DNA of 64,000 bases, taken from contig JASTWF010000034.1 of the NCBI GenBank assembly GCA_030390025.1, positions 1,240,001 through 1,304,000 on the forward strand, given 5' to 3'. A program made the position numbers and the translations under genes. The stretch's first letter is position 1. Every line of letters starts with the position of its first letter. Under the pieces are notes generated by a model that ran no database searches, was not told the DNA's origin, and was given only the letters and a program-made list of their open reading frames with translations. Below are positions 23,201 through 36,156 of this stretch, one piece after another. Source of the DNA: Squalus acanthias (lineage: Eukaryota).

Positions 23201-24650
23201 TTACTCGCATGCTACACTTCGTGCGGTCCCGAAATCTCCCATTCTCTACCGGGGATGTAAAGAAGATGTGCTCGGACTGCAGAGTCTGTGCGGAATTGAA
23301 ACCTCAGTTTTTCCGCCCCTCGGGTGGTATACTCATACATGCGACCCAGCCAATGCAACGGCTTAGCATCGATTTTAAGGGGCCGTTGCCCTCTTCAACT
23401 CGCAACACTTATCTATTGACCATGGTCGATGAGTATTCCCGTTTTCCGTTTGCCTTTCCCTGCCCCAATATGCTGACGACCACGGTTATCAGCTGCCTTG
23501 AGCAGGTATTTGCTTTCTGTGGCATGGCATCCTATGTTCATTCAGATCGGGGCCCTTCTTTTATGTCAGGAGAACTCAAGGCCTATCTCTCGGAACGGGG
23601 TATTGCTGCCAGCAGAACGACGCCTTATCATCCGGTCGGGAATGGGCAAGTCGAGCGTTTTAACGCTATCATCTGGAATGCGGTACGTCTGGCTTTGAGA
23701 TCTCGGGGCCTACCCAACCAGCAATGGGAAGCAGTACTTCCAGACGCATTACACTCCACACGGTCCCTCCTTTCGACCGCCACAAATACGACGCCTCATG
23801 AACGGTTCTTCCGATTTCAGCGTCGCTCATCCTATGGGATATCTCTCCCGTCGTGGCTGACTGCACCGGGACCAGTGCTACTCCGAAGATATGTCCGGGC
23901 GTCTAAGAATGACCCCCTGGTAGATGAGGTTGAGCTCACTGACGTCAACCCTACCTACGCCTATATTCGGTATCCTGACGGTCGGGAATCTACCGTGTCA
24001 TTGCGGGATCTGGCTCCCTGCCCGCCGAAACATAGAGGGACACCAGGGGATGATATTGTACCAGGCACATCTCTGGGCTCGCCAGGTGCCTCTCATCACG
24101 ATCTGGATCTGACGCCGGCTGGTACCTCACTCCAGCGTGCCGACCTGGGGCAGACTGACTATGAGCCCGTCGGGGCTCGCACGCGCAGCCACGATCCACC
24201 CCGTACCATACGCTCGGAAACGGATCTGCCACAGCCCTGCCCGACACCCGTTCGGGCACCAGTACACAGTCAGGATCGTCCTGACCCCTCACAGAGCGGG
24301 CTGGATCACTCGGACTCTGGTCCACGGCCCGCGGCGGGTAAACGGGCTAGGGGCCCTCTACCGCTACGAGAACCCAAACGGGTGCGGCTCTCCCTCGTCC
24401 GGCGGCTACGAAATGGAGGGAGCATCCCGGCCTCCTAATCTTTTGGGGGGGGAGAATGTGGTAACACAATACAGCTTCCTGTGACTCGAACTTTATTGCA
24501 TCACTTCCTGTGATTAGTCCAGGATAAATACTGGACTGAGCAGTTGGATCCTGGAGAGGCATAGAGTAAGACCTCTTTTGTATGTAGCACCTTTTTAGTT
24601 GATTAAAGCTTACTTTAAGTTCACCACGCGTAAGGCTCATTCTTACGACA
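20210..24650 (+). mobile_element. Full-length Ty3/Gypsy LTR retrotransposon (4441 bp), probably Mag-like lineage
   Basis: 194-bp LTRs 20210-20403 and 24457-24650 (TG...CA), identical by eye; 5-bp TSD ACTAT (20205-20209, 24651-24655); PPT GGGGGGGGAGAA 24445-24456; PR-RT-RH-IN order. Confidence 0.97.
20482..24438 (+). CDS. Gag-Pol polyprotein, 1318 aa, single uninterrupted ORF
   Basis: Two CCHC knuckles (CFFCGDEFHPRKFC, CSHCNKKGHFAKVC); protease LIDSGS; RT (RLCIDY, DLKSAYHQ, LPFG, YLDN); RNase H VECDAS; integrase HHCC (H..LCHPG..CSDCRVC) and D-D-E core (IDFKG, SDRG, ERFN). Confidence 0.95.
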   Translation: MENILKPSRLDLDPNTPAAGKVWKHWYRTFDNFLEYCKADDDTKLRILINCVTPNVFQYVEEWGSYEEAIRTLKRLYTKTPNEVYARHLLATAQQGPEESIDKFLQELRRLSMDCNFQAASAELYREEMIRDAFICGLASPFIRQRLLESKTLELQRAYDMACSLDLAKRNADLYTVPRPRSAALTTVRQFKRPQVNSIREDFIPDDQSDDFTDEEDDDPTVAASWQSKKCFFCGDEFHPRKFCPARNAFCSHCNKKGHFAKVCLSRASTRAYQAKSYRTAPVRAYQDVPAKIYRASSRVFSRRNTPRVSATLCATTPITAACPQNLFHAATKASINGHTLDALIDSGSTDSFIREQIVAELKLHVFPSDQAIAMAQSSLNTRISGFCMVEITLNGHRYPSTRLSVLKDLCSDLILGLDFQKQHKKLTIEFGGSKPELTISNIRPRLPFCALSAASLDEPSLFTSIPPRCKPIITKSRRFSQEDQSFIAAEISRLLAEDIIEPCSSPWRAQVVIVKNPLQPHKKRLCIDYSQTINQYTDLDAYPLPRIDDMVNKLAEYTVFSTYDLKSAYHQVPLKVSDKQYTAFEANGRLYQFRRLPFGVTNGVAVFQRAMDDLVKQEDLKDTFPYLDNITVAGRNQREHDANLQRFWDALQHRNLTLNAAKSIESQPTINILGYCVGNGIIKPDPERLRPLQELPPPKNPASLRRALGLFAYYAKWIPNFSDRIQPLLKASTFPLDTAAVAAFNLLKKQLEKAALHSIDESLPFVVECDASEVAISATLNQEGRPVAFLSRTFQGAELHYPPVEKEATAIIEAVRKWTHLLARQHFTLITDQRSVAFMLDNRKRTKIKNNKIQLWRLELASFGYTIHYRPGKENVAPDTLTRAFCSAMAPSTLVDIHDGLCHPGVTRMLHFVRSRNLPFSTGDVKKMCSDCRVCAELKPQFFRPSGGILIHATQPMQRLSIDFKGPLPSSTRNTYLLTMVDEYSRFPFAFPCPNMLTTTVISCLEQVFAFCGMASYVHSDRGPSFMSGELKAYLSERGIAASRTTPYHPVGNGQVERFNAIIWNAVRLALRSRGLPNQQWEAVLPDALHSTRSLLSTATNTTPHERFFRFQRRSSYGISLPSWLTAPGPVLLRRYVRASKNDPLVDEVELTDVNPTYAYIRYPDGRESTVSLRDLAPCPPKHRGTPGDDIVPGTSLGSPGASHHDLDLTPAGTSLQRADLGQTDYEPVGARTRSHDPPRTIRSETDLPQPCPTPVRAPVHSQDRPDPSQSGLDHSDSGPRPAAGKRARGPLPLREPKRVRLSLVRRLRNGGSIPAS

Positions 24651-25292
24651 ACTATCTTATATTGATGGCCTCTAATTTTGCTCTTCCCCACAAGTGGAAA
24701 CACTCTGTCTGTATCTACTCCATCAAATCCTTTCCTCATTTTAAAGACCTCTATCTGGTCAACCCTCAGCCTTCAAGAGAAAGGAGACCCAGCCTGTTCA
24801 TCCGTTCCTAATATGTATACCTTGCTTTGCTGGTATTATCCATGTAAATCTTCTCCGCACCCTCTCCAGTGCCTCTACATTCTTTTTAGAATATAGCGAC
24901 CAGAACTGTACGCAGCACTCCAAGTGTGGTCTAAACAAGCTTCGATACAAGTTTAGCATAAATTCACTAATTTTCAATTCTACCAATCCAGAAATAAACC
25001 CGAGTGATTGGTTTGCTTTTTATGGCCGTATTAACCTGTGTCGCTACTTTCAGTGATGTGTGTATTTGTACTCCGAGATTCCTTTGCTCCTGTGCCCATT
25101 TTAGATTCTTATTTTCCAAGTAATATGTGACCTCTCTACTTTTCTTACCAAAATGTAACACCTCAGATTTATCTGTTAAATTGCATTTGCCAATTATATG
25201 CCCATTAAAGAGCTATTAGAAATACATAATAAATAATAGCAATCAGTAATGGAAAAGTATGACTATAAATATAACATTTATATCTCTCCCCT

Positions 25293-28200
25293 CTCCCCAG
25301 GACAGAACCCTGGGGAACTCAACTGTAAACCTCCCTCCAGACCCCCAGTACTGAAACCTTGGGAAACTCCACTGTATACCTCCCTCCAGACCCCCAGTAC
25401 TGAACCCTGGAGAGCTCCACTGTATACCTCCCTCCAGACCCCAGTACTGAACACTGGGGAACTCCACTGTATAGCTCCTTCCAGACACCAGTACTGAACC
25501 CTGAGGAACTCCACTGTATACCTCCCTCCAGACACCAGTAAAGAACCCTGGGGAACTCCACTGTATACCTCCCTCCAGCCCCCAGTATTGAAACCTGGGG
25601 AACTAAACTGTTTACCTCCACACAGACAACAGTACTGAACTGTGGGGAACTCCACTGTGTACCTCCCTCCAGACCCCAGTAATGAACCCTGGGGAACTCC
25701 ACTGTATACCTCCCTCCCCCCAGTACTGAACCCTCGGGAACTCCACTGCATACACCCCTCCAGCCCCCAGTACTGAAACCTGGGGAACTAAACTGTTTAC
25801 CTCCACACAGACAACAGTACTGAACTGTGGGGAACTCCACTGTGTACCTCCCTCCAGACCCCAGTAATGAACCCTGGGGAACTCCACTGTATACCTCCCT
25901 CCCCCCAGTACTGAACCCTCGGGAACTCCACTGCATACACCCCTCCAGCCCCCAGTACTGAACCCTGGGGAACTCGACTGGAAACCTCGCTCCAGACCCC
26001 AGTACTGAACCTGGGAGCTCCACTGTATACCTCCCTCCAGCTCCCAGTACTGAACCCTGGGGAACTCCACTGTATACCTCGCTCCAGACCCCAGTACTGA
26101 ACCCTGGGGAACTCCACTATATCCCTCCCTCCAGAAACCATTACTGATCCCTGGGAATCTACAGTGTAAACCTCACTCCAGACACCAGTACAGAACCCTG
26201 GGGAACAGGACTGCATACCTCCACCCAGACACCAGTACTGAATCCTGGGGAACTCCACTGTATACCTCCCTCCAGCCCCCAGTACAGAACCCTGGGGAAC
26301 AGGACTGTGCACCTCCCTTCAGCCCCCAGCACTGATCCCTGGGGAACTCAACTGTATACCGGCCCTCCAGACAGCAGTCCTGAACATTGGGGAATCGCCC
26401 TGTACACCGCCCTCCAGACCCCAATAATGCAACCTTGGGAACTCCACCGGATACAACCCCAGACTCCAGTGCTTAACCCTGGGGAACTCCACTGTATACT
26501 TCCCGCCAGCCACCAGATCTGAACGCTTTGTCACTCCACTGTATAGATCCCCCAGCAGCCAGTACTGAACACTGGGGAATCGTCCTGTAAACCTCTCTCC
26601 AGCCACCCCGTACGGACCCTTGGGGAACTCCACTGTCTATCTCCCTCCAGCCCCTGCAACTCAACCCTGGGGAACTCCACTGTATACCTCCCCCAGCCTC
26701 CAGTACTTAGCTCTCGGGAACTCCACTGTAAACCTCCCTCCAGACCCCAGTACTGAACCCTGGGGAACTCCACTGTATATCTCCCACCAGCCCCTACTAC
26801 TTAACCCTGGGAAACTCCACTTTATACCTCCCTCCAGACCCCAGTACTGAACCCTGGGGAACTCCACTGTATATCTCCCACCAGCCCCTGCTACTGAACC
26901 CTGGGGAACAGCACTGTATACCTCCCTCCAGACCCCAGTACTGAAACCTGGAGAACTCCGCTGTTTACATCCCTCCAGACCCCAGTACGGAACCCTGGAA
27001 ATCTCCACTGTATACCTCCCTCCAGACCCCAGTACTGAACCCTGGGGAACTCCACTGTATACCTACCCCCAGACACCAGTACTGAACCCTGGGGAACTCC
27101 ACTGTATACTTCCCACCAGCACCCAGTACTGAACCCTTGGGAGCTCCAGTGCAGACCTCCCTCCAGACCCCAGTACTGGACCTTGGGGAATTCCACTGTA
27201 TACCTCCCTCCAGCCCCCAGTACTGAACCCAGGGGAACTCCACTGTATACCTCCCTCTAGACACCAGTACTGAACCCTGGGAAACTCCACTGTATACCGC
27301 CCGCCAGCCCACAGTCCAGAACCCTGTGGAACTGCACTGCATACATCCCTGCAGCCCCCAGTACAGCGTACTGGTATGTCCAGTGTTTGCCTACCTCCAG
27401 CCCCCTGTTCTACTCCCAGGGGAACTCGAATATATAACTCCCTTCAGCCCACAGTATTGATCGCTAGTGAACTCCACTGCATACCTACCCCCAGACCCCA
27501 GTACTGAAACCTAGGGAAATCCATTGCAAACCTCACGCCAGCCCCTGCTACTGAACCCTGGGGAACTCCACTGTATACAGCCCTCCAGACCCCAGTATTG
27601 AACCATGGGGAATTGCCCTGCAAACATCGCTCCAGACAACAGTGCTGAACCCTGGGGAAATCCACTATATACCTCCCTCCATACACCAGTCCTGGACCAT
27701 GGGGAACTCGACTGTATACCTCCCTGCAGCACCTGCTACTGAACCCTAGGGAAATCCAATGTATAACTCCCTCCAGACCCCAATACTGAACCCTGGGGAA
27801 CTCCACTGTATACCTCCCTCCAGCCCCGAGAACTGAAACCTGGGGAACTCCACTGTATACCTCCCTCCAGCCCACAGTACTGAACCCTGGGGAACTCCAC
27901 TGTATACCGCCCTAAAGAGCCTGCTACTAAACCCTGGGGAAATCCACTGTTTACCTCCCTGCACCGCACAGCACTGAAGCCTGGGGAACTCCACTGTGTA
28001 CCTCTCTCCAGACCCCAGTGCTGAACCCTGGGGAACTCCACTGTATACCTCCCTCCAGACCCCAGTACTGAACCCTGGGGAACTCCACTGCATACGTCGC
28101 TCCAGACCCGAGTACTGAACCCTGGGGAACTCCACTGTATACCTCCCTCCAGTCCCCAGTACTGAACCCTAGGGAACTCCACTGCATACCTCCCTCCAGA

Positions 28201-31200
28201 CCCCAGTACTGAACCCTGGGGAACTCCACAGTATACCTCCCTCCAGACCCGAGTACTGAACCCTGGGGAACACCACTGAACACCTCCCTCCAGCCCCCAG
28301 CACTGAACCCTGGGGAACTCTACTGGATACCTCCCTCCAGCCCCCAGCACTGAACCATGGGCAACTCCACTGTATACGTCCGACCCGCAGACCCCCAGTA
28401 CTGAAGCCTGGTGAAAACCACTGTTTTCCTCCATCCAGACCACAGTACAGAACCTGGGGAACTCCACTATATACCTCCCTCCAGACCCCAGTACTGAACC
28501 CTGGGCAACTCCACTGCATACGTCCGACCCGCAGACCCACAGTACTGAAGCCTGGTGAAAACCACTGTATACCTCCCTCCAGACCCCAGTACTGAATCCT
28601 GGGGTATTCCACTGTATACCTCCCGCGAGACCCCAGTACTGAACCCTGGGGAACTCCACTGCATACCTCCCCGCCAGACACCAGTAATGAACCCTGGGGA
28701 ACTCGATGGTATCCCTCCCCCCAGACACCAGTAATGAACCCTGGGGAACCCCACTGTATACCTCCCTCCAGACCCCAGTAGTGAACCCTGGGGAACTCCA
28801 CTGTATACCTCCCTCCAGCACCCAGTACTGAACCTTGGGGAACTCCACTGTGTTCCTCCCTCCAGACCCCAGTACTGAACCCTGGGGAACGCCACTGTAT
28901 ACCTCGCTCCAGACCCCAGTACTGAACCTTGGGGAACTCCACTGTTTACCTCCCTCCAGCCCCCAGTACTGAACCTTGGGGAACTCCACTGTGTTCCTCC
29001 CTCCAGACCCCAGTACTGAACCCTGGGGAACTCCACTGTATACCTCGCTCCAGACCCCAGTACTGAACCCTGCGGAACTCCACTGTATACCTCCCTCCAG
29101 ACCCCAGTACTAAACCTTGGGGAACTCCACTTTATACCTCCCTCCAGACCCCAGTACTGAACCCTGGGGAACTCCACTGTATACCTCCCTCCAGACCCCA
29201 GTACTGAACCCTGGGGACCTCCACTGTATACCTCCCTCCATACCCCAGTACTGAACCCTGTGGAACTCCACTGTACACTTCCCTCCAGACCCCAGTACTG
29301 AACCCTGGGGAACTCCACTGTATACCTCCCTCCAGACCCCAGTACTGAACCCTGGGGACCTCCACTGTATACCTCCCTCCAGACCCCAATACTGAACCCT
29401 GTGGAACTCTACTGTACACATCCCTCCAGACCCCAGTACTGAACCCTGGGGAACTCCACTGTATACCTCCCTCCAGACCCCAGTACTGAACCCTGGGGAC
29501 CTCCACTGTATACCTCCCTCCAGACCCCAGTACTGAACCCTGTGGAACTCCACTGTACACCTCCCTCCAGACCCCAGTACTGAACCCTGGGGAACTCCAC
29601 TGTATACCTCCCTCCAGACCCCAGTACTGAACCCTGGGGAACTCCACTGTACACCTCCCTCCAGACCCCAGTACTGAACCCTGGGAACTCCACTGTACAC
29701 CTCCCTCCAGACCCCAGTACTGAACCCTGGGGAACTCCACTGTATACCTCCCTCCAGACCCCAGTACTGAACCCTGGGGAACTCCACTGTACACCTCCCT
29801 CCAGACCCCAGTACTGAACCCTGGGGAACTCCACTGTATACCTCCCTCCAGACCCCAGTACTGAACCCTGTGGAACTCCACTGTATACCTCCCTCCAGAC
29901 CCCAGTACTGAACCCTGGGGAACTCCACTGTATACCTCCCTCCAGACACCAGTACTGAACCCTGGGGAACTCCACTGTATACCTCCCACCAGCCCCCAGT
30001 ACTGAACCCTGGGGAACTCCACTGTATACCTCCATCCAGCCCCCACTACTGAACCCTGGGGAACACCACTGAATACCTCCCTCCAGCCCCCAGTACTGAA
30101 CCCTGGGGAACTCCACTGTATACCTCCCTCCAGACCCCAGTACTGAACCCTGGGGAACTCCACTATATACCTCCCTCCAGACCCCAGTACTGAACCCTGG
30201 GCAACTCCACTGTATACCTCCCTCGAGCCCCCAGTACTGAACCCTGGGGAACTCCACTGTACACCTCCCTCCAGACCCCAGTACTGAACCCTGTGGAACT
30301 CCACTGTACACTTCCCTCCAGACCCCAGTACTGAACCCTGGGGAACTCCACTGTATACCTCCCTCCAGACCCCAGTAATGAACCCAGGGGAACTCCACTG
30401 TATACCTCCCTCCAGCCCACAGTACTGAAACCTGGGGAACTAAACTGTTTACCTCCACACAGACAACAGTACTGAACAGTGGGGAACTCCACTGTGTACC
30501 TCCCTCCAGACCCCAGTAATGAACCCAGGGGAACTCCACTGTATACCTCCCTCCGCCCAGTACTGAACCCTGGGGAACTCCACTGCATACACCCCTCCAG
30601 CCCCCAGTACTGAACCCTGGGGAACTCGACTGGAAACCTCGCTCCAGACCCCAGTACTGAACCTGGGAGCTCCACTGTATACCTCCCTGCAGCTCCCAGT
30701 ACTGAACCCTGGGGAACTCCACTGTATACCTCGCTCCAGACCCCAGTACTGAACCCTGGGGAACTCCACTATATCCCTCCCTCCAGAAACCATTACTGAT
30801 CCCTGGGAATCTACAGTGTAAACCTCACTCCAGACACCAGTACAGAACCCTGGGGAACAGGACTGCATACCTCCACCCAGACACCAGTACTGAATCCTGG
30901 GGAACTCCACTGTATACCTCCCTCCAGCCCCCAGTACAGAACCCTGGGGAACAGGACTGTGCAACTCCCTTCAGCCCCAGCACTGATCCCTGGGGAACTC
31001 AACTGTATACCGGCCCTCCAGACAGCAGTCCTGAACATTGGGGAATCGCCCTGTACACCGCCCTCCAGACCCCAATAATGCAACCTTGGGAACTCCACCG
31101 GATACAACCCCAGACTCCAGTGCTTAACCCTGGGGAACTCCACTGTATACTTCCCGCCAGCCACCAGATCTGAACGCTTTGTCACTCCACTGTATAGATC

Positions 31201-34200
31201 CCCCAGCAGCCAGTACTGAACACTGGGGAATCGTCCTGTAAACCTCTCTCCAGCCACCCCGTACGGACCCTTGGGGAACTCCACTGTCTATCTCCCTCCA
31301 GCCCCTGCAACTCAACCCTGGGGAACTCCACTGTATACCTCCCCCAGCCTCCAGTACTTAGCTCTCGGGAACTCCACTGTAAACCTCCCTCCAGACCCCA
31401 GTACTGAACCCTGGGGAACTCCACTGTATATCTCCCACCAGCCCCTACTACTTAACCCTGGGAAACTCCACTTTATACCTCCCTCCAGACCCCAGTACTG
31501 AACCCTGGGGAACTCCACTGTATATCTCCCACCAGCCCCTGCTACTGAACCCTGGGGAACAGCACTGTATACCTCCCTCCAGACCCCAGTACTGAAACCT
31601 GGAGAACTCCGCTGTTTACATCCCTCCAGACCCCAGTACGGAACCCTGGAAATCTCCACTGTATACCTCCCTCCAGACCCCAGTACTGAACCCTGGGGAA
31701 CTCCACTGTATACCTACCCCCAGACACCAGTACTGAACCCTGGGGAACTCCACTGTATACTTCCCACCAGCACCCAGTACTGAACCCTTGGGAGCTCCAG
31801 TGCAGACCTCCCTCCAGACCCCAGTACTGGACCTTGGGGAATTCCACTGTATACCTCCCTCCAGCCCCCAGTACTGAACCCAGGGGAACTCCACTGTATA
31901 CCTGCCTCTAGACACCAGTACTGAACCCTGGGAAACTCCACTGTATACCGCCCGCCAGCCCACAGTCCAGAACCCTGTGGAACTGCACTGCATACATCCC
32001 TGCAGCCCCCAGTACAGCGTACTGGTATGTCCAGTGTTTGCCTACCTCCAGCCCCCTGTTCTACTCCCAGGGGAACTCGAATATATAACTCCCTTCAGCC
32101 CACAGTATTGATCGCTAGTGAACTCCACTGCATACCTACCCCCAGACCCCAGTACTGAAACCTAGGGAAATCCATTGCAAACCTCACGCCAGCCACTGCT
32201 ACTGAACCCTGGGGAACTCCACTGTATACAGCCCTCCAGACCCCAGTATTGAACCATGGGGAATTGCCCTGCAAACATCGCTCCAGACAACAGTGCTGAA
32301 CCCTGGGGAAATCCACTATATACCTCCCTCCATACACCAGTCCTGGACCATGGGGAACTCGACTGTATACCTCCCTGCAGCACCTGCTACTGAACCCTAG
32401 GGAAATCCAATGTATAACTCCCTCCAGACCCCAATACTGAACCCTGGGGAACTCCACTGTATACCTCCCTCCAGCCCCGAGAACTGAAACCTGGGGAACT
32501 CCACTGTATACCTCCCTCCAGCCCACAGTACTGAACCCTGGGGAACTCCACTGTATACCGCCCTAAAGAGCCTGCTACTAAACCCTGGGGAAATCCACTG
32601 TTTACCTCCCTGCACCGCACAGCACTGAAGCCTGGGGAACTCCACTGTGTACCTCTCTCCAGACCCCAGTACTGAACCCTGGGGAACTCCACTGTATACC
32701 TCCCTCCAGACCCCAGTACTGAACCCTGGGGAACTCCACTGTATACGTCGCTCCAGACCCGAGTACTGAACCCTGGGGAACTCCACTGTATACCTCCCTC
32801 CAGTCCCCAGTACTGAACCCTGGGGAACTCCACTGTATACCTCCCTCCAGACCCCAGTACTGAACCCTGGGGAACTCCACAGTATACCTCCCTCCAGACC
32901 CGAGTACTGAACCCTGGGGAACACCACTGAACACCTCCCTCCAGCCCCCAGCACTGAACCCTGGGGAACTCTACTGGATACCTCCCTCCAGCCCCCAGCA
33001 CTGAACCATGGGCAACTCCACTGTATACGTCCGACCCGCAGACCCCCAGTACTGAAGCCTGGTGAAAACCACTGTTTTCCTCCATCCAGACCACAGTACT
33101 GAACCTGGGGAACTCCACTATATACCTCCCTCCAGCCCCCAGTACTGAACCCTGGGCAACTCCACTGTATACGTCCGACCCGCAGACCCCCAGTACTGAA
33201 GCCTGGTGAAAACCACTGTATACCTCCCTCCAGACCCCAGTACTGAATCCTGGGGTATTCCACTGTATACCTCCCGCGAGACCCCAGTACTGAACCCTGG
33301 GGAACTCCACTGCATACCTCCCCGCCAGACACCAGTAATGAACCCTGGGGAACTCGATGGTATCCCTCCCCCCAGACACCAGTAATGAACCCTGGGGAAC
33401 TCCACTGTATACCTCCCTCCAGACCCCAGTAGTGAACCCTGGGGAACTCCACTGTATACCTCCCTCCAGCCCCCAGTACTGAACCTTGGGGAACTCCACT
33501 GTGTTCCTCCCTCCAGACCCCAGTACTGAACCCTGGGGAACTCCACTGTATACCTCGCTCCAGACCCCAGTACTGAACCTTGGGGAACTCCACTGTTTAC
33601 CTCCCTCCAGCCCCCAGTACTGAACCTTGGGGAACTCCACTGTGTTCCTCCCTCCAGACCCCAGTACTGAACCCTGGGGAACTCCACTGTATACCTCGCT
33701 CCAGACCCCAGTACTGAACCCTGCGGAACTCCACTGTATACCTCCCTCCAGACCCCAGTACTAAACCTTGGGGAACTCCACTTTATACCTCCCTCCAGAC
33801 CCCAGTACTGAACCCTGGGGAACTCCACTGTATACCTCCCTCCAGACCCCAGTACTGAACCCTGGGGACCTCCACTGTATACCTCCCTCCATACCCCAGT
33901 ACTGAACCCTGTGGAACTCCACTGTACACTTCCCTCCAGACCCCAGTACTGAACCCTGGGGAACTCCACTGTATACCTCCCTCCAGACCCCAGTACTGAA
34001 CCCTGGGGACCTCCACTGTATACCTCCCTCCAGACCCCAGTACTGAACCCTGTGGAACTCCACTGTACACATCCCTCCAGACCCCAGTACTGAACCCTGG
34101 GGAACTCCACTGTATACCTCCCTCCAGACCCCAGTACTGAACCCTGGGGACCTCCACTGTATACCTCCCTCCAGACCCCAGTACTGAACCCTGTGGAACT

Positions 34201-36156
34201 CCACTGTACACTTCCCTCCAGACCCCAGTACTGAACCCTGGGGAACTCCACTGTATACCTCCCTCCAGACCCCAGTACTGAACCCTGGGGAACTCCACTG
34301 TACACTTCCCTCCAGACCCCAGTACTGAACCCTGGGTAACTCCACTGTACACCTCCCTCCCGACCCCAGTACTGAACCCTGGGGAACTCCACTGTATACC
34401 TCCCTCCAGACCCCAGTACTGAACCCTGGGGAACTCCACTGTACACCCCACTCCAGACCCCAGTACTGAACCCTGGGGAACTCCACTGTATACCTCCCTC
34501 CATACCCAGTACTGAACCCTGTGGAACTCCACTTTATACCTCCCTCCAGACCCCAGTACTGAACCCTGGGGAACTCCACTGTGTACCTCCCTACAGACAC
34601 CAGTACTGTACCCTGGGGAACTCCACTGTATACCTCCCACCAGCCCCCAGTACTGAACCCTGGGGAACTCCACTGTATACCTCCATCCAGCCCCCACTAC
34701 TGAACCCTGGGGAACACCACTGAATACCTCCCTCCAGCCCCCAGTACTGAACCCTGGGGAACTCCACTGTATACCTCCCTCCAGACCCCAGTACTGAACC
34801 CTGGGGAACTCCACTATATACCTCCCTCCAGACCCCAGTACTGAACCCTGGGCAACTCCACTGTATACCTCCCTCGAGCCCCCAGTACTGAACCCTGGGG
34901 AACTCCACTGTACACCTCCCTCCAGACCCCAGTACTGAACCCTGTGGAACTCCACTGTACACTTCCCTCCAGACCCCAGTACTGTACCCTGGGGAACTCC
35001 ACTGTATACCTCCCTCCAGACCCCGGTACTGAACCCTGGGGAAATCCACTGTATACCTCCCTCCAGACCCCAGTACTGAACCCTGGGGAACTCCACTGTA
35101 CACTTCCCTCCAGACCCCAGTACTGAACACTGGGTAACTCCACTGTACACCTCCCTCCCGACCCCAGTACTGAACCCTGGGGAACTCCACTGTATACCTC
35201 CCTCCAGACCCCAGTACTGAACCCTGGGGAACTCCACTGTACACCCCACTCCAGACCCCAGTACTGAACCCTGGGGAACTCCACTGTATACCTCCCTCCA
35301 TACCCAGTACTGAACCCTGTGGAACTCCACTTTATACCTCCCTCCAGACCCCAGTACTGAACCCTGGGGAACTCCACTGTATACCTCCCTACAGACACCA
35401 GTACTGTACCCTGGGGAACTCCACTGTATACCTCCCACCAGCCCCCAGTACTGAACCCTGGGGAACTCCACTGTATACCTCCATCCAGCCCCCAGTACTG
35501 AACCCTGGGGAACTCCACTGTATACCTCCATCCAGCCCCCAGTACTGAACCCTGGGGAACACCACTGAATACCTCCCTCCAGCCCCCAGTACTGAACCCT
35601 GGGGAACTCCACTGTATACCTCCCTCCAGACCCCAGTACTGAACCCTGGGGAACTCCACTATATACCTCCCTCCAGCCCCCAGTACTGAACCCTGGGCAA
35701 CTCCGCTGTATACGTCCGACCCGCAGACCCCCAGTACTGAAGCCTGGTGAAAACCACTGTATACCTCCCTCCAGACCCCAGTACTGAACCTGGGGAACTC
35801 CACTGCATACCTCCCCGCCAGACACCAGTAATGAACCCTGGTGAACTCGATGGTATCCCTCCCCCGAGACACCAGTAATGAACCCTGGGGATCTCCACTG
35901 TATACCTCCCTCCAGCCCCCAGTAGTGAATCCTTGGGAACTCCACTGTACACCTCCCTCCAGCCCCCAGTACTGAACCCTGGGGAAATCCACTGTATACC
36001 TCCCTCCAGCCCCAGTACTGAACCCTGGGGAACTCCACTGTACACCTCCCAACAGCCCCCAATACTAAACCCTGGAGAACTCCATTGTACACTTCCCTGC
36101 AGCCCGCAGTACTGAACCTTGGGGAACTCCACTGTATATCTCCCTCCAGTCCCAGT
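25293..36156 (-). repeat. 47-bp satellite (plus strand CCCCAGTACTGAACCCTGGGGAACTCCACTGTATACCTCCCTCCAGA) derived from CR1 RT coding sequence; runs into the gap
   Basis: Visible tandem array; minus-strand translation cycles every 47 aa (3 units) and contains WREVYSGVPQGSVLG; includes a ~4.65-kb tandem duplication. Confidence 0.95.

Larger units (their letters stand above)
19945..25205 (-). mobile_element. CR1 LINE 3' fragment split by the Gypsy insertion (pieces ~19945-20209 and 24656-25205)
   Basis: LYRSLFRPHLECCVQFWS...ALERVRRRFT and RVFPLVGKSKIRGHQYKIV; the sequence is continuous across the ACTAT target-site duplication. Confidence 0.85.

Noticed and set aside
24020..24438. Chromodomain or env gene in the Gypsy element
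   Set aside because: The integrase tail is Pro/Arg-rich low-complexity sequence without chromodomain motifs, and there is no room for env before the PPT.
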